The notes under the pieces were generated by a model that had not been told where the DNA came from, did not search any database, and saw only the letters and a program-made list of their open reading frames with translations. 64,000 bases of DNA from Marsupella aquatica (Eukaryota; Plantae; Marchantiophyta). Both the position numbers and the translations under genes were made by a program. This document shows positions 49,962 to 64,000 of this stretch, in pieces; positions within the stretch are counted from its first letter, which is position 1, and each line of letters begins with the position of its first letter. The DNA is taken from NCBI GenBank assembly GCA_973895155.1, contig OZ316892.1, forward strand, positions 27,302,207-27,366,206. The letters run 5' to 3'.

Positions 49962-50994
49962 AACATGCGCTCCCACCACCCAAACACCCGACCATCCCCT
50001 TGCGCCTCCGCCTTTGCGTAACCGCTTCCAAATAAATTCAATAAACTTGGAGTGAGAGCATGAAGAAACAAACTTTGTTAGTCATGAAAGTATGATTTTT
50101 GTAGAAAGTGAACTCGAAGTGAATAGCGACCAATGAAAAGGGCAATCCATGGATACCTTCATCAAATGACTTTTTTAGTTGAAAAGGACCCAAGAATGAT
50201 TTCTATAAAGTTATTCTCTTGCATAGATCATACAACTTTCACAATCTACAACGAATTAAAAAAAGGTGATCTCGTGCATCAATAACACAACTTTAGCAAC
50301 CTAGTACAAGGATAAAAAATCTTTTTGCAATAAAACTTATTGGTAAACCTACTTAGCGTTGGACAAATCGTATTTCATTTGGAAGAAAGACACTTGAGAG
50401 GACTCATCAAAAAAGCCTCAGTGCCCTAATAAGTTTATTGGTAACACAACTTTCCCATGGCATATCTGGCCCTTCACAGAATTTGCAATCAATTTACTTA
50501 TTTATGTCACATTTTGCTCGAGTACCTCAGACCGCCCTGAGGGTAGTCTCCATGTATTGAGGGAGTAAGTGTTATTTCAATATTTTGCTAAAAATTTAAA
50601 AATGCATAGAAAGAACCAAAAAAACATATTTACAATGAGTGAAGATTGGGGACAAAAAAAAGTGAATGTTTTTGGTTTTTTCCTCCCAAGTGCATGAATT
50701 TAAATGGCGGTATGGTAGAAGTTAGAATACGCCATACAAGTATCTACTATAGAAATGTACAAAGACAATGTAAATAAGTGGGATATCAATGGGCTTTGCT
50801 TGTTTTTTGTTTTCTCAAAAACTCAATCTTTACTACCGTGAAAGACCCAAAACAGGGAAGATTGCCCTGAAAAAGGTGGCCTGCCATCACCAGGCAGACA
50901 ACATAAACAAACGAGTGGACTCGAGTATGGAAATATGCTGGAAAACTAATAACTACCAATCTACCATGGCAACTAGTCCGATGTCTGTGCGTTG

Positions 50995-51360
50995 TACAAA
51001 AGATGTAGATGAGAGAAAAAGATGTCGAGGTGAGGAAAAGGAGTCAAAGTGAGAAAAAGATGTTGAGGAGAGAAAAGATAGCAAGGTGAGAAAGAAATGA
51101 GGAAAAGAAGTCGGGGAGAGAAAAAATGGCGAGATGAGAAAAAGATAAGATGTCGAGGTGAGAAAAGATGTCAAGATGAAGAAAATATGTCAAGCTAGGT
51201 GAGAAAAGATCTCGAGAGAAAAAGATGTCAAGGTTTAGAAAATATGTCAAGGTAATCTAATAAGGTGAGAAAAAATCTCGAGGAGAGAAAAGGACCTTGA
51301 GGAGGGAAAATATGTTGAGGGTGAGAAAAAAATGTGAAGGCAAGGTAAAGATGTTAAGGA
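50995..51360. repeat. Degenerate purine-rich minisatellite (~20-bp unit, GAGAAAAAGATGTC(G/A)AGGT)
   Basis: The motif recurs throughout the interval. Confidence 0.75.
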
Positions 51361-53681
51361 ACGGTAATATGTAAAGGCAAGAAACAATATCAAAGGGAGA
51401 CAAAAACATATAAGCTTTGCAATGTACTTGTTGAGACATGTTATGTGTGATCAATAACTAGTGCATTATTTGCACATTAAAATTGAAGACCCAAGATAGC
51501 TACCCCGATAGCTACCACCATATTTATTTTAGGATCCAAAGCACAACCAAGTGATAGGAAAATAGTTTTCTTTTAAGTTTTAAATTTTTAGAGATATAAT
51601 TATTTTAAATGTTTTATTTATATTCAAAAGATTTTCAAAGTTTCAATGTATATAAAGCATTTTTAATTAATCATTTGTATCTTGGGCAGGTGCCTTCAGG
51701 CTAATTAAAGGGCACCTACTTATTTTAGATGGGGTCTATACATAGATCTGATGGTGTAGAAACCAATATTTTGATGAGGGTCAGATTAGTTCCCGCTTTT
51801 TCTCTTGCTTGGAAAATAGTGCACACCAAATATAATTCACTTTTGGTTTATTCTTTCCACTTTTTCAGGTTTTGATTTTTTCCACCCAAAATAACACTCC
51901 AAATGAATGATTTGTGTATTATAAGTTTTGATGCCACTATAATGCATCTTGTTTGGGGTGACATATCTTCTGGTTGTCTTTGTCACATTGCCAAAGAACA
52001 AAAAGCCCCAAACCAGGATCAAAACCGCAAGAAACCCATTGAGGGGAGACACAAAGAAGGATCCCAATTGCAAGGAACTCAACGAGGGGAGAAACAAAGA
52101 AAAAATCCAAGAAGACCAAAGTGCCAAGAGCCCCCAACATCAGCAAAGAAAATATAGGCCTACCGCTAGTGAGCAACAAACTGAAAAAAACAATGAATGT
52201 TGGAGTCTAAAAGATCATAGAGCCCACCATAGTAGACAACCACAGTAAATTACACTAGTCATTGTAATAAAGCATCTCAATGTAGAGGTTAACTCAGTCT
52301 TGGGTTGAACTATGGTTAGGATGTTAACTAGGGTTAGAGTAAACCCTAGTTGAAGAGATTGATCCTTATCTCTTCAACTTGTATGTGGTGTGAGAACACA
52401 CACAAGAGAGTTCTCAAGAGAGAACACAGGGATATAGCAAGAGATGAGAGCTTGAAGAGATGAGAGCTATGGTGATGCTTGAGTACACACATAACCGCTA
52501 ATAAAGCTTGGTCTTCCCGTGGACGTAGCCAACCTTGAGGCAAACCACGTAACTATTGAGCACGTGCATGTTTGGAGTGTTTTTCCTGATCTGATTTCTC
52601 CCCACAATTGGTATCAGAGCTCAGATTTTTTCAGTCGATTAGGAACTCCATAGAACTTGCTTCAAGTAGAGCGAACAGCGGATGATTTCCTCTTCAAAGC
52701 GGAGCTATTGGAAGAAGATCAGACTCAATCTTCTCACAAGTGTGGAGCACACAACTAGGGGCTCATTTCAGTGAAGCAATGAAGGCCTGAGGTCAAAAAC
52801 GGAAACAATTGTAAGTGACGGTTTTCAATTTACGTTATCGGGCAAGAGATAAGGTCAATTTCTCAGATCAGTCTTTTTGATTGTTCTATCGGGACTTGAA
52901 ACTGAGACACGCTTGAGCGCCTCGTCTTTCTAGATGTTTCGATATCAACATCGCTGAATTTTGTCAAACGGTTGAGAAGTAATCTTAATTTCAATTCTTG
53001 TTTTTTTGAGCTCAAAACTTTCAATGAATCGTTTCTCCCTCATTATTCCACCGTTTTGCGAGTTCTTTATATCGATCTTGATGCCCTCAAAGTCTAGTTT
53101 CTGAATCTGAAATCAAAATTGGATTTGGTCAAAAACTGAGACGGGAATTTGAGTGAATCCACCGAGGAGTACTTTCTGTCGCGAGTAGTCGCGACTTCCG
53201 CGGACGCGCGAGGAGGTCGAAAACTTCGAGGAGGCCTTTTAGGGCTCGACAAGGCTCGGGCAGGGGGAAGTGCCCCCTGTGAATTTCCCCCACAGGGGCT
53301 GTACAAGGGCGGAGCGGCAAACAAAATCGAATCAACTTCAACTTTTGGAGAGGTGTACTTGGGGAAGCTAGGCAAGCATTGGTGTGCTCAATTTTGGAAA
53401 CGCATAGTAGTGGAATCTTTGGCATAAAAGATTCCCTCGAGGGGTATTTATTTCATTTTTTACCCCCCTTCGGTTAGAGTAAAAATTCTCGGCACTCGAG
53501 AGTCTGTTTGACAAACCGTTTTCAGCATTTGGAGCGTTACCTTGTGGGCTACACACAAGAGTGATCAGTTTCAAAATTCACCAACTTTCATTTTTGGCCT
53601 TATTTTCACACCCCGCATTTGAGCATTCGACGTTTATTTCTTGTTGGAAGGCAACTCCACACTACATTTGGCATTCTAGCG

Positions 53682-56600
53682 ATGGCGACTACTAGGATTG
53701 GAGGTCAAAGGTTTGAGGTGGAAAAATTTGATGGTCGGATGGACTATACAATGTGGGAACGTAACGTGAGGGATGCACTTAGGGCGATGGGCCTAGGCAA
53801 GGTACTAAGATCTCAACCCAAGGAGATGGAAGATGATGATTGGCATGATCTTCAAGATCAAGCGGTAAGCATTGTTGGAATGTACCTGAAAAACAATGTG
53901 AAGAAGCAGTTCGAGGAAAAATCAACACAAACGGTGACGGACTTATTTCAAGCATTGCGCAACAAGTACTACAAGAAGGAGATGTCAAACCGAATGTATG
54001 CAAGCCTGAAGCTCATGCAATTCAAAATGGCTGATGGAGTCAAGATTCAAGATCATATCGATCAGTTCAATGATCTTGTGGTTGACCTAGAGAATTTGGG
54101 GGAGCATTTGAGCGAAGAAAAGAAAGCCTTACAACTCTTGAGTTCACTACCACCTTCATACCAATCTTTGTCTCGAGTTCTTCTATTCCGTGATAAGACA
54201 ACTATATCCTACAATGATGTGGTGAGTGTCCTGTTGACCGATGATATGCAATCTAAGCTGGTTTCTTCAGCTCATCCTACCTCAACCTCATCATCAACAG
54301 CACTGTTGGTAGAAAGAGGCAAATCAAGGGAGCCATCTCATGAAAACAAAAGGTTTAACCCACTTCCATGGAGCGAGGAAGGTTCCACGACCGATCTTTT
54401 GATAGGAGGAGGTTTAGATCCAGATCTAGATCTCGATCCAAATCACCATCCAAGTCTACTCGTGAGATAAAGTGTTGGAAGTGTGATAAAGTGGGCCACA
54501 TGAAGAAGGATTGTTGCGTCAAAGACACATTCAAGGAAGTTGCCAGTTCTTTAGCCCAAGTAGTTGTTCGAGAAGAGGATAGTGAAGGATTTGCATTGTG
54601 TACCACTTCCCAAGTTGAGGATTGTCAATGGATTTTGGATTCCGCTTGCTCGTATCACATATGTTACATGCGTGAATTTTTCTCATCCTACACTCCTATC
54701 AACGGATCTGTTTTGATGGGAAATAATCATTCTTGCAAAGTTTTAGGGATTGGATCCGTAAAGATTCAACTACCTGATGGCAAGTACTGTACTCTATCAA
54801 ATGTCAGACACATTCCAGAAATGTGTAAGAATTTGATTTCTCTTGGCTACTTGGATGCGAAGGGTTATCAATGGAGTGCAACTGATGGGGTGTTAACAGT
54901 CACGCATGGATCAACTGAAGTTCTTATTGGCAAGAGAAAAAGAAACATCTATGTCTTGGAAGGCATCACCCTTCCTGCCGAAGTCAATTTGGTCACATCT
55001 TAGGAGGAGAAAATCAATTTATGGCATGCTCGGCTTGGTCACATGAGTGAAAAAAAGTTTGGAAATTTTACACAAGCGACATCTCCTACCAGGATTGCAA
55101 GCATGCAAGTTGAGTTTTTGTGATCATTGCATTGTCGGTAAGAAAACAATAACTCCATTTGTGACTGCTATTCATCATTCTAAAGTTGTACTTGAGTATA
55201 TTCATTCCGATGTGTGGGGTCCTGCTCCGGTTCCTCACATTCAGGCAAACAATACTATGTATCGTTTATCGATGATTACTCAAGGTATGTTTGGATTTAT
55301 TTCATTGCCCATAAGTTTGAAGTGCTTTCCATCTTCAAACAATGGGGAGCTCAAGTTGAGACACAGACTGCAAAGAATGTGAGATATCTACGATCAGATA
55401 ATGGTGGTGAATACACCTCTGGCGAGTTCAACACGTATTGTGCAAATAAGGGAATTACTCACCATCTCACAACTATGTACACTCCTGAGCAAAATGGTGT
55501 TGCTGAGCGACTTAACCGCACATTGTTGGAGCGAGCAAGGAGCATGTTGAGCCACTCTAAATTGCCACAAATCTTTTGGGCGAAAGCTGTGAACATTGTT
55601 GCTTATCTAGTAAATCTCTCTCCTAGTCGAGCAATTACTTACAAAACCCCCTTTGAGTTATGGCACAATCGACCTGCTGATTATTCAAAGCTTAGGGTTT
55701 TTGGCTGTGAAGCATATGCACATGTTCCTAGCAACAATAGGACTAAGCTAGATTCTAGAGCCCAGAAATGCATTTTTCTTGGTTATCAGCATGAAGTTAA
55801 AGGTTATCGGTTGTGGGATCCAGTTGATTGCAAGTTACTTGTTAGTCGGGATGTATCCTTCAATGAAGAAAAATCATTGAAGGAGGGGGAGATAGATCAA
55901 TTCCCTACTACTAACAAAGAGCAATCTCCTCCTCTAGAGGATTTAAGGGGAAAGGATGTGTCAGATGAAGAATATGTTGACACCACTATAAGGCAAAGCA
56001 CACTACAATCAGATTAGCCAGAGTCTTCAGTGCGAAGAGGAACTCGCAAACGTCAAGCCCGAGAAAGGTATGGAACTTGGCTTCCTTCTGATCAAGTGGA
56101 TTTGGATGAAGAATCTATTGATGCATTGGTGACAGAAGATGGAGATCCATCCTCATTTCGAGAGGTCCTAGCTTCTATGGAGAAGCAACAATGGCAGGCG
56201 GCGATGCGCATGGAAATGAAATCACTTCATGATAACAAGACTTGGGAACTCACAAGTCTACCTAGTGACAAGCAGGCTGTTGACAGCAAGTGGGTGTATA
56301 GAAAGAAAGATGGACCCACGGAGGATGCTGAGAAGATATTTAAGGCTCGGTTGGTAGCCAAGGGTTTTACTCAACAGAAAGGTATAGACTACAATGAGGT
56401 TTTTTCACCCGTAGCAAAGCATTCAACAATATGTTTGCTATGTGCTCTTGTAGTTTTATTTGATCTAGTTTTAGATCAAATGGATGTTGTCACGACATTC
56501 TTATATGGATCGTTGGATGAGGTGATTTACATGAGGCAACCAGAGGGTTTTGTACAAAAGGGCAAGGAAAATTTGGTATGCAGATTGCTAAAATCCTTGT

Positions 56601-57715
56601 ATGGATTAAAGCAGAGCCCAAGGCAGTGGAACAAGCGTTTTGATGAATTTTTGAAATCGCTTGGATTTGTGCAAAGCGTGTACGATCCATGTGTTTACAT
56701 CAGGCGTGTGAACAACACAGGTTTTAAGTTTGTCATCCTTGTACTTTATGTGGATGACATGCTCATTGCAGCAAAGGATAGGGGCGAAGTTGATAAGCTT
56801 AAGGCCCAACTCAGTTCTGAGTTTAAGACGAAGGACTTGGGCACAGCCAAGAGGATCCTAGGCATGGAGATTGTCAGGGATGTGAACAAAGCCAAACTTT
56901 GGCTGACGCAAAAACGATATGCAGAGAAGGTGCTCTCAAAATTCAACATGGCAGATGCTAAGGCTGTGAGTGTTCCTTTGGCAAGGCATTTCAATATTTC
57001 TGCAGCATTTTGTCCATCGGATGCAACAGAAAAAAGTTTGATGTCCAAAGTTCCTTATGAAAGTGCTGTGGGCAGTTTAATGTATCTCATGGTATGCACC
57101 CGACCAGACATAGCTTATGCCGTTAGCAAGGTAAGCAGATACATGACAAATCCAGGAAAAGTCCATTGGGAAGCAGTGAAATGGATTTTGCGCTACATCA
57201 GAGGTTCCACTAAGAAGGGTTTATTGTTTGATGCAAGTTCAAACAATATGAAAGTGCTTCAAGGTTATGTGGATGCAGACTACGCAAGTGATCTGGATAA
57301 GAGGAGATCAACAATTGGATATGTATTTACACTTGCTGGTGGATGCATTAGTTGGAAGTCTACTCTCCAAAAGTGTGTTGCAAAGTCTACTATGGATGCC
57401 GAGTATGTAGCGGCAGCAGAAGCAGCATCAGAGACCATTTGGTTGAAAAAGCTTGTCAAAGAGATGGGTTTATCACAAGATTCTGTGTATCTTCATTGTG
57501 ACAGTCAAAGTGCAATTTACACTGCCAAGAATCAGGTGATGGATGGCAGGGTAAAGCACATTGATGTCCGCTATCATTTCATCCGACAGGCATTATCGGA
57601 TGATGAATTTGAGCTTGTCAAGATTGATGGAAAGCTTAATCCAGCGGATGCTTTTACCAAAGTATTAGACTCCAATAGTTTTTCAAGGCATTGTAATTAT
57701 TTACAAATATTGTAA
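53682..57715 (+). pseudogene. Copia family B gag-pol, unit 1
   Basis: Zinc knuckle, WILDSAC, integrase, RT with YVDD and RNase H. Frameshifts near 54350, 55050 and 55230; stops at 55001 and 56015. Confidence 0.95.
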
Positions 57716-59308
57716 ATAGAGTTAACCAAGAAATTGTCTCTATATGAGTACTCCATCCGATGGCTTATCGGCTACGGCTTAGTTCTAGTTAACCCTTGCA
57801 TTAGGAGGAGGGCCTTTTGGCCTTATTGTCTTGAACTTCCCGCGGAGGAACTTGTAAGGAAAAGACAATATTATGAACCGTCCCAAGACGTGAGTCAAGG
57901 GGGAGTTTGTAGAGGTTAACTCAGTCTTGGGTTGAACTATGGTTAGGATGTTAACTAGGGTTAGAGTAAACCCTAGTTGAAGAGATTGATCCTTATCTCT
58001 TCAACTTGTATGTGGTGTGAGAACACACACAAGAGAGTTCTCAAGAGAGAACACAGGGATATAGCAAGAGATGAGAGCTTGAAGAGATGAGAGCTATGGT
58101 GATGCTTGAGTACACACATAACCGCTAATAAAGCTTGGTCTTCCCGTGGACGTAGCCAACCTTGAGGCAAACCACGTAACTATTGAGCACGTGCATGTTT
58201 GGAGTGTTTTTCCTGATCTGATTTCTCCCCACAATTGGTATCAGAGCTCAGATTTTTTCAGTCGATTAGGAACTCCATAGAACTTGCTTCAAGTAGAGCG
58301 AACAGCGGATGATTTCCTCTTCAAAGCGGAGCTATTGGAAGAAGATCAGACTCAATCTTCTCACAAGTGTGGAGCACACAACTAGGGGCTCATTTCAGTG
58401 AAGCAATGAAGGCCTGAGGTCAAAAACGGAAACAATTGTAAGTGACGGTTTTCAATTTACGTTATCGGGCAAGAGATAAGGTCAATTTCTCAGATCAGTC
58501 TTTTTGATTGTTCTATCGGGACTTGAAACTGAGACACGCTTGAGCGCCTCGTCTTTCTAGATGTTTCGATATCAACATCGCTGAATTTTGTCAAACGGTT
58601 GAGAAGTAATCTTAATTTCAATTCTTGTTTTTTTGAGCTCAAAACTTTCAATGAATCGTTTCTCCCTCATTATTCCACCGTTTTGCGAGTTCTTTATATC
58701 GATCTTGATGCCCTCAAAGTCTAGTTTCTGAATCTGAAATCAAAATTGGATTTGGTCAAAAACTGAGACGGGAATTTGAGTGAATCCACCGAGGAGTACT
58801 TTCTGTCGCGAGTAGTCGCGACTTCCGCGGACGCGCGAGGAGGTCGAAAACTTCGAGGAGGCCTTTTAGGGCTCGACAAGGCTCGGGCAGGGGGAAGTGC
58901 CCCCTGTGAATTTCCCCCACAGGGGCTGTACAAGGGCGGAGCGGCAAACAAAATCGAATCAACTTCAACTTTTGGAGAGGTGTACTTGGGGAAGCTAGGC
59001 AAGCATTGGTGTGCTCAATTTTGGAAACGCATAGTAGTGGAATCTTTGGCATAAAAGATTCCCTCGAGGGGTATTTATTTCATTTTTTACCCCCCTTCGG
59101 TTAGAGTAAAAATTCTCGGCACTCGAGAGTCTGTTTGACAAACCGTTTTCAGCATTTGGAGCGTTACCTTGTGGGCTACACACAAGAGTGATCAGTTTCA
59201 AAATTCACCAACTTTCATTTTTGGCCTTATTTTCACACCCCGCATTTGAGCATTCGACGTTTATTTCTTGTTGGAAGGCAACTCCACACTACATTTGGCA
59301 TTCTAGCG

Positions 59309-62300
59309 ATGGCGACTACTAGGATTGGAGGTCAAAGGTTTGAGGTGGAAAAATTTGATGGTCGGATGGACTATACAATGTGGGAACGTAACGTGAGGGA
59401 TGCACTTAGGGCGATGGGCCTAGGCAAGGTACTAAGATCTCAACCCAAGGAGATGGAAGATGATGATTGGCATGATCTTCAAGATCAAGCGGTAAGCATT
59501 GTTGGAATGTACCTGAAAAACAATGTGAAGAAGCAGTTCGAGGAAAAATCAACACAAACGGTGACGGACTTATTTCAAGCATTGCGCAACAAGTACTACA
59601 AGAAGGAGATGTCAAACCGAATGTATGCAAGCCTGAAGCTCATGCAATTCAAAATGGCTGATGGAGTCAAGATTCAAGATCATATCGATCAGTTCAATGA
59701 TCTTGTGGTTGACCTAGAGAATTTGGGGGAGCATTTGAGCGAAGAAAAGAAAGCCTTACAACTCTTGAGTTCACTACCACCTTCATACCAATCTTTGTCT
59801 CGAGTTCTTCTATTCCGTGATAAGACAACTATATCCTACAATGATGTGGTGAGTGTCCTGTTGACCGATGATATGCAATCTAAGCTGGTTTCTTCAGCTC
59901 ATCCTACCTCAACCTCATCATCAACAGCACTGTTGGTAGAAAGAGGCAAATCAAGGGAGCCATCTCATGAAAACAAAAGGTTTAACCCACTTCCATGGAG
60001 CGAGGAAGGTTCCACGACCGATCTTTTGATAGGAGGAGGTTTAGATCCAGATCTAGATCTCGATCCAAATCACCATCCAAGTCTACTCGTGAGATAAAGT
60101 GTTGGAAGTGTGATAAAGTGGGCCACATGAAGAAGGATTGTTGCGTCAAAGACACATTCAAGGAAGTTGCCAGTTCTTTAGCCCAAGTAGTTGTTCGAGA
60201 AGAGGATAGTGAAGGATTTGCATTGTGTACCACTTCCCAAGTTGAGGATTGTCAATGGATTTTGGATTCCGCTTGCTCGTATCACATATGTTACATGCGT
60301 GAATTTTTCTCATCCTACACTCCTATCAACGGATCTGTTTTGATGGGAAATAATCATTCTTGCAAAGTTTTAGGGATTGGATCCGTAAAGATTCAACTAC
60401 CTGATGGCAAGTACTGTACTCTATCAAATGTCAGACACATTCCAGAAATGTGTAAGAATTTGATTTCTCTTGGCTACTTGGATGCGAAGGGTTATCAATG
60501 GAGTGCAACTGATGGGGTGTTAACAGTCACGCATGGATCAACTGAAGTTCTTATTGGCAAGAGAAAAAGAAACATCTATGTCTTGGAAGGCATCACCCTT
60601 CCTGCCGAAGTCAATTTGGTCACATCTTAGGAGGAGAAAATCAATTTATGGCATGCTCGGCTTGGTCACATGAGTGAAAAAAAGTTTGGAAATTTTACAC
60701 AAGCGACATCTCCTACCAGGATTGCAAGCATGCAAGTTGAGTTTTTGTGATCATTGCATTGTCGGTAAGAAAACAATAACTCCATTTGTGACTGCTATTC
60801 ATCATTCTAAAGTTGTACTTGAGTATATTCATTCCGATGTGTGGGGTCCTGCTCCGGTTCCTCACATTCAGGCAAACAATACTATGTATCGTTTATCGAT
60901 GATTACTCAAGGTATGTTTGGATTTATTTCATTGCCCATAAGTTTGAAGTGCTTTCCATCTTCAAACAATGGGGAGCTCAAGTTGAGACACAGACTGCAA
61001 AGAATGTGAGATATCTACGATCAGATAATGGTGGTGAATACACCTCTGGCGAGTTCAACACGTATTGTGCAAATAAGGGAATTACTCACCATCTCACAAC
61101 TGTGTACACTCCTGAGCAAAATGGTGTTGCTGAGCGACTTAACCGCACATTGTTGGAGCGAGCAAGGAGCATGTTGAGCCACTCTAAATTGCCACAAATC
61201 TTTTGGGCGAAAGCTGTGAACATTGTTGCTTATCTAGTAAATCTCTCTCCTAGTCGAGCAATTACTTACAAAACCCCCTTTGAGTTATGGCACAATCGAC
61301 CTGCTGATTATTCAAAGCTTAGGGTTTTTGGCTGTGAAGCATATGCACATGTTCCTAGCAACAATAGGACTAAGCTAGATTCTAGAGCCCAGAAATGCAT
61401 TTTTCTTGGTTATCAGCATGAAGTTAAAGGTTATCGGTTGTGGGATCCAGTTGATTGCAAGTTACTTGTTAGTCGGGATGTATCCTTCAATGAAGAAAAA
61501 TCATTGAAGGAGGGGGAGATAGATCAATTCCCTACTACTAACAAAGAGCAATCTCCTCCTCTAGAGGATTTAAGGGGAAAGGATGTGTCAGATGAAGAAT
61601 ATGTTGACACCACTATAAGGCAAAGCACACTACAATCAGATTAGCCAGAGTCTTCAGTGCGAAGAGGAACTCGCAAACGTCAAGCCCGAGAAAGGTATGG
61701 AACTTGGCTTCCTTCTGATCAAGTGGATTTGGATGAAGAATCTATTGATGCATTGGTGACAGAAGATGGAGATCCATCCTCATTTCGAGAGGTCCTAGCT
61801 TCTATGGAGAAGCAACAATGGCAGGCGGCGATGCGCATGGAAATGAAATCACTTCATGATAACAAGACTTGGGAACTCACAAGTCTACCTAGTGACAAGC
61901 AGGCTGTTGACAGCAAGTGGGTGTATAGAAAGAAAGATGGACCCACGGAGGATGCTGAGAAGATATTTAAGGCTCGGTTGGTAGCCAAGGGTTTTACTCA
62001 ACAGAAAGGTATAGACTACAATGAGGTTTTTTCACCCGTAGCAAAGCATTCAACAATATGTTTGCTATGTGCTCTTGTAGTTTTATTTGATCTAGTTTTA
62101 GATCAAATGGATGTTGTCACGACATTCTTATATGGATCGTTGGATGAGGTGATTTACATGAGGCAACCAGAGGGTTTTGTACAAAAGGGCAAGGAAAATT
62201 TGGTATGCAGATTGCTAAAATCCTTGTATGGATTAAAGCAGAGCCCAAGGCAGTGGAACAAGCGTTTTGATGAATTTTTGAAATCGCTTGGATTTGTGCA

Positions 62301-63342
62301 AAGCGTGTACGATCCATGTGTTTACATCAGGCGTGTGAACAACACAGGTTTTAAGTTTGTCATCCTTGTACTTTATGTGGATGACATGCTCATTGCAGCA
62401 AAGGATAGGGGCGAAGTTGATAAGCTTAAGGCCCAACTCAGTTCTGAGTTTAAGACGAAGGACTTGGGCACAGCCAAGAGGATCCTAGGCATGGAGATTG
62501 TCAGGGATGTGAACAAAGCCAAACTTTGGCTGACGCAAAAACGATATGCAGAGAAGGTGCTCTCAAAATTCAACATGGCAGATGCTAAGGCTGTGAGTGT
62601 TCCTTTGGCAAGGCATTTCAATATTTCTGCAGCATTTTGTCCATCGGATGCAACAGAAAAAAGTTTGATGTCCAAAGTTCCTTATGAAAGTGCTGTGGGC
62701 AGTTTAATGTATCTCATGGTATGCACCCGACCAGACATAGCTTATGCCGTTAGCAAGGTAAGCAGATACATGACAAATCCAGGAAAAGTCCATTGGGAAG
62801 CAGTGAAATGGATTTTGCGCTACATCAGAGGTTCCACTAAGAAGGGTTTATTGTTTGATGCAAGTTCAAACAATATGAAAGTGCTTCAAGGTTATGTGGA
62901 TGCAGACTACGCAGGTGATCTGGATAAGAGGAGATCAACAATTGGATATGTATTTACACTTGCTGGTGGATGCATTAGTTGGAAGTCTACTCTCCAAAAG
63001 TGTGTTGCAAAGTCTACTATGGATGCCGAGTATGTAGCGGCAGCAGAAGCAGCATCAGAGACCATTTGGTTGAAAAAGCTTGTCAAAGAGATGGGTTTAT
63101 CACAAGATTCTGTGTATCTTCATTGTGACAGTCAAAGTGCAATTTACACTGCCAAGAATCAGGTGATGGATGGCAGGGTAAAGCACATTGATGTCCGCTA
63201 TCATTTCATCCGACAGGCATTATCGGATGATGAATTTGAGCTTGTCAAGATTGATGGAAAGCTTAATCCAGCGGATGCTTTTACCAAAGTATTAGACTCC
63301 AATAGTTTTTCAAGGCATTGTAATTATTTACAAATATTGTAA
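59309..63342 (+). pseudogene. Copia family B gag-pol, unit 2
   Basis: Same ORF pieces and same lesions as unit 1, offset by 5627 bp. Confidence 0.95.
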
Positions 63343-64000
63343 ATAGAGTTAACCAAGAAATTGTCTCTATATGAGTACTCCATCCGATGGCTTATCGGCT
63401 ACGGCTTAGTTCTAGTTAACCCTTGCATTAGGAGGAGGGCCTTTTGGCCTTATTGTCTTGAACTTCCCGCGGAGGAACTTGTAAGGAAAAGACAATATTA
63501 TGAACCGTCCCAAGACGTGAGTCAAGGGGGAGTTTGTAGAGGTTAACTCAGTCTTGGGTTGAACTATGGTTAGGATGTTAACTAGGGTTAGAGTAAACCC
63601 TAGTTGAAGAGATTGATCCTTATCTCTTCAACTTGTATGTGGTGTGAGAACACACACAAGAGAGTTCTCAAGAGAGAACACAGGGATATAGCAAGAGATG
63701 AGAGCTTGAAGAGATGAGAGCTATGGTGATGCTTGAGTACACACATAACCGCTAATAAAGCTTGGTCTTCCCGTGGACGTAGCCAACCTTGAGGCAAACC
63801 ACGTAACTATTGAGCACGTGCATGTTTGGAGTGTTTTTCCTGATCTGATTTCTCCCCACAATTGGTATCAGAGCTCAGATTTTTTCAGTCGATTAGGAAC
63901 TCCATAGAACTTGCTTCAAGTAGAGCGAACAGCGGATGATTTCCTCTTCAAAGCGGAGCTATTGGAAGAAGATCAGACTCAATCTTCTCACAAGTGTGGA

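Larger units (their letters stand above)
52281..64000 (+). mobile_element. Tandem array of Copia family B with shared LTRs (LTR-int-LTR-int-LTR-int...), period 5627 bp, continues past the window
   Basis: 326-bp TG...CA LTRs at 52281-52606, 57908-58233 and 63535-63860. Each is followed by PBS TGGTATCAGAGC; PPT AAGGGGGAG precedes LTRs 2 and 3. Confidence 0.97.

Noticed and set aside
51455-51465. ACTAGTG as the CACTA far terminus
   Set aside because: It lacks the TTTCT of the TIR, the subterminal TGACT repeats, the TAA TSD and the MULE arm continuation.

Overview
Transposon-dense eukaryotic (land-plant) DNA. The species cannot be determined from the sequence. There is one intact host gene, a six-exon UTP23 (minus strand, 10003-12543). 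The rest is nested mobile DNA. (1) A degenerate Copia element (1572-7751, TSD ATGTT) whose RT catalytic core is replaced by a foreign GC-rich segment, plus an internally deleted sibling at 48173-49961. (2) A TG...CA element of about 4.6 kb with TSD ATTGG (14858-23753) that looks like a giant solo LTR, carries a decayed ~700-aa ORF and is interrupted by two inverted ~2.1-kb solo LTRs. (3) A MuDR-like Mutator element (~25.9-35.4 kb) with long inverted arms, a SWIM/DDE transposase and a convergent Zn-finger accessory gene. (4) A CACTA element inserted into that element's right arm (from 35419), with TnpA and TnpD. Directly upstream and co-oriented lie three compact host-derived ORFs: an EDM2-type composite PHD reader, a tandem Pol-lambda-like BRCT protein and a membrane-anchored F-box-like protein. 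This cassette is the most interesting candidate system. (5) A head-to-tail Copia array with shared LTRs (period 5627 bp) running off the window end. All protein-family calls come from motif recognition by eye; no searches or alignments were run, and coordinates marked ~ are approximate.
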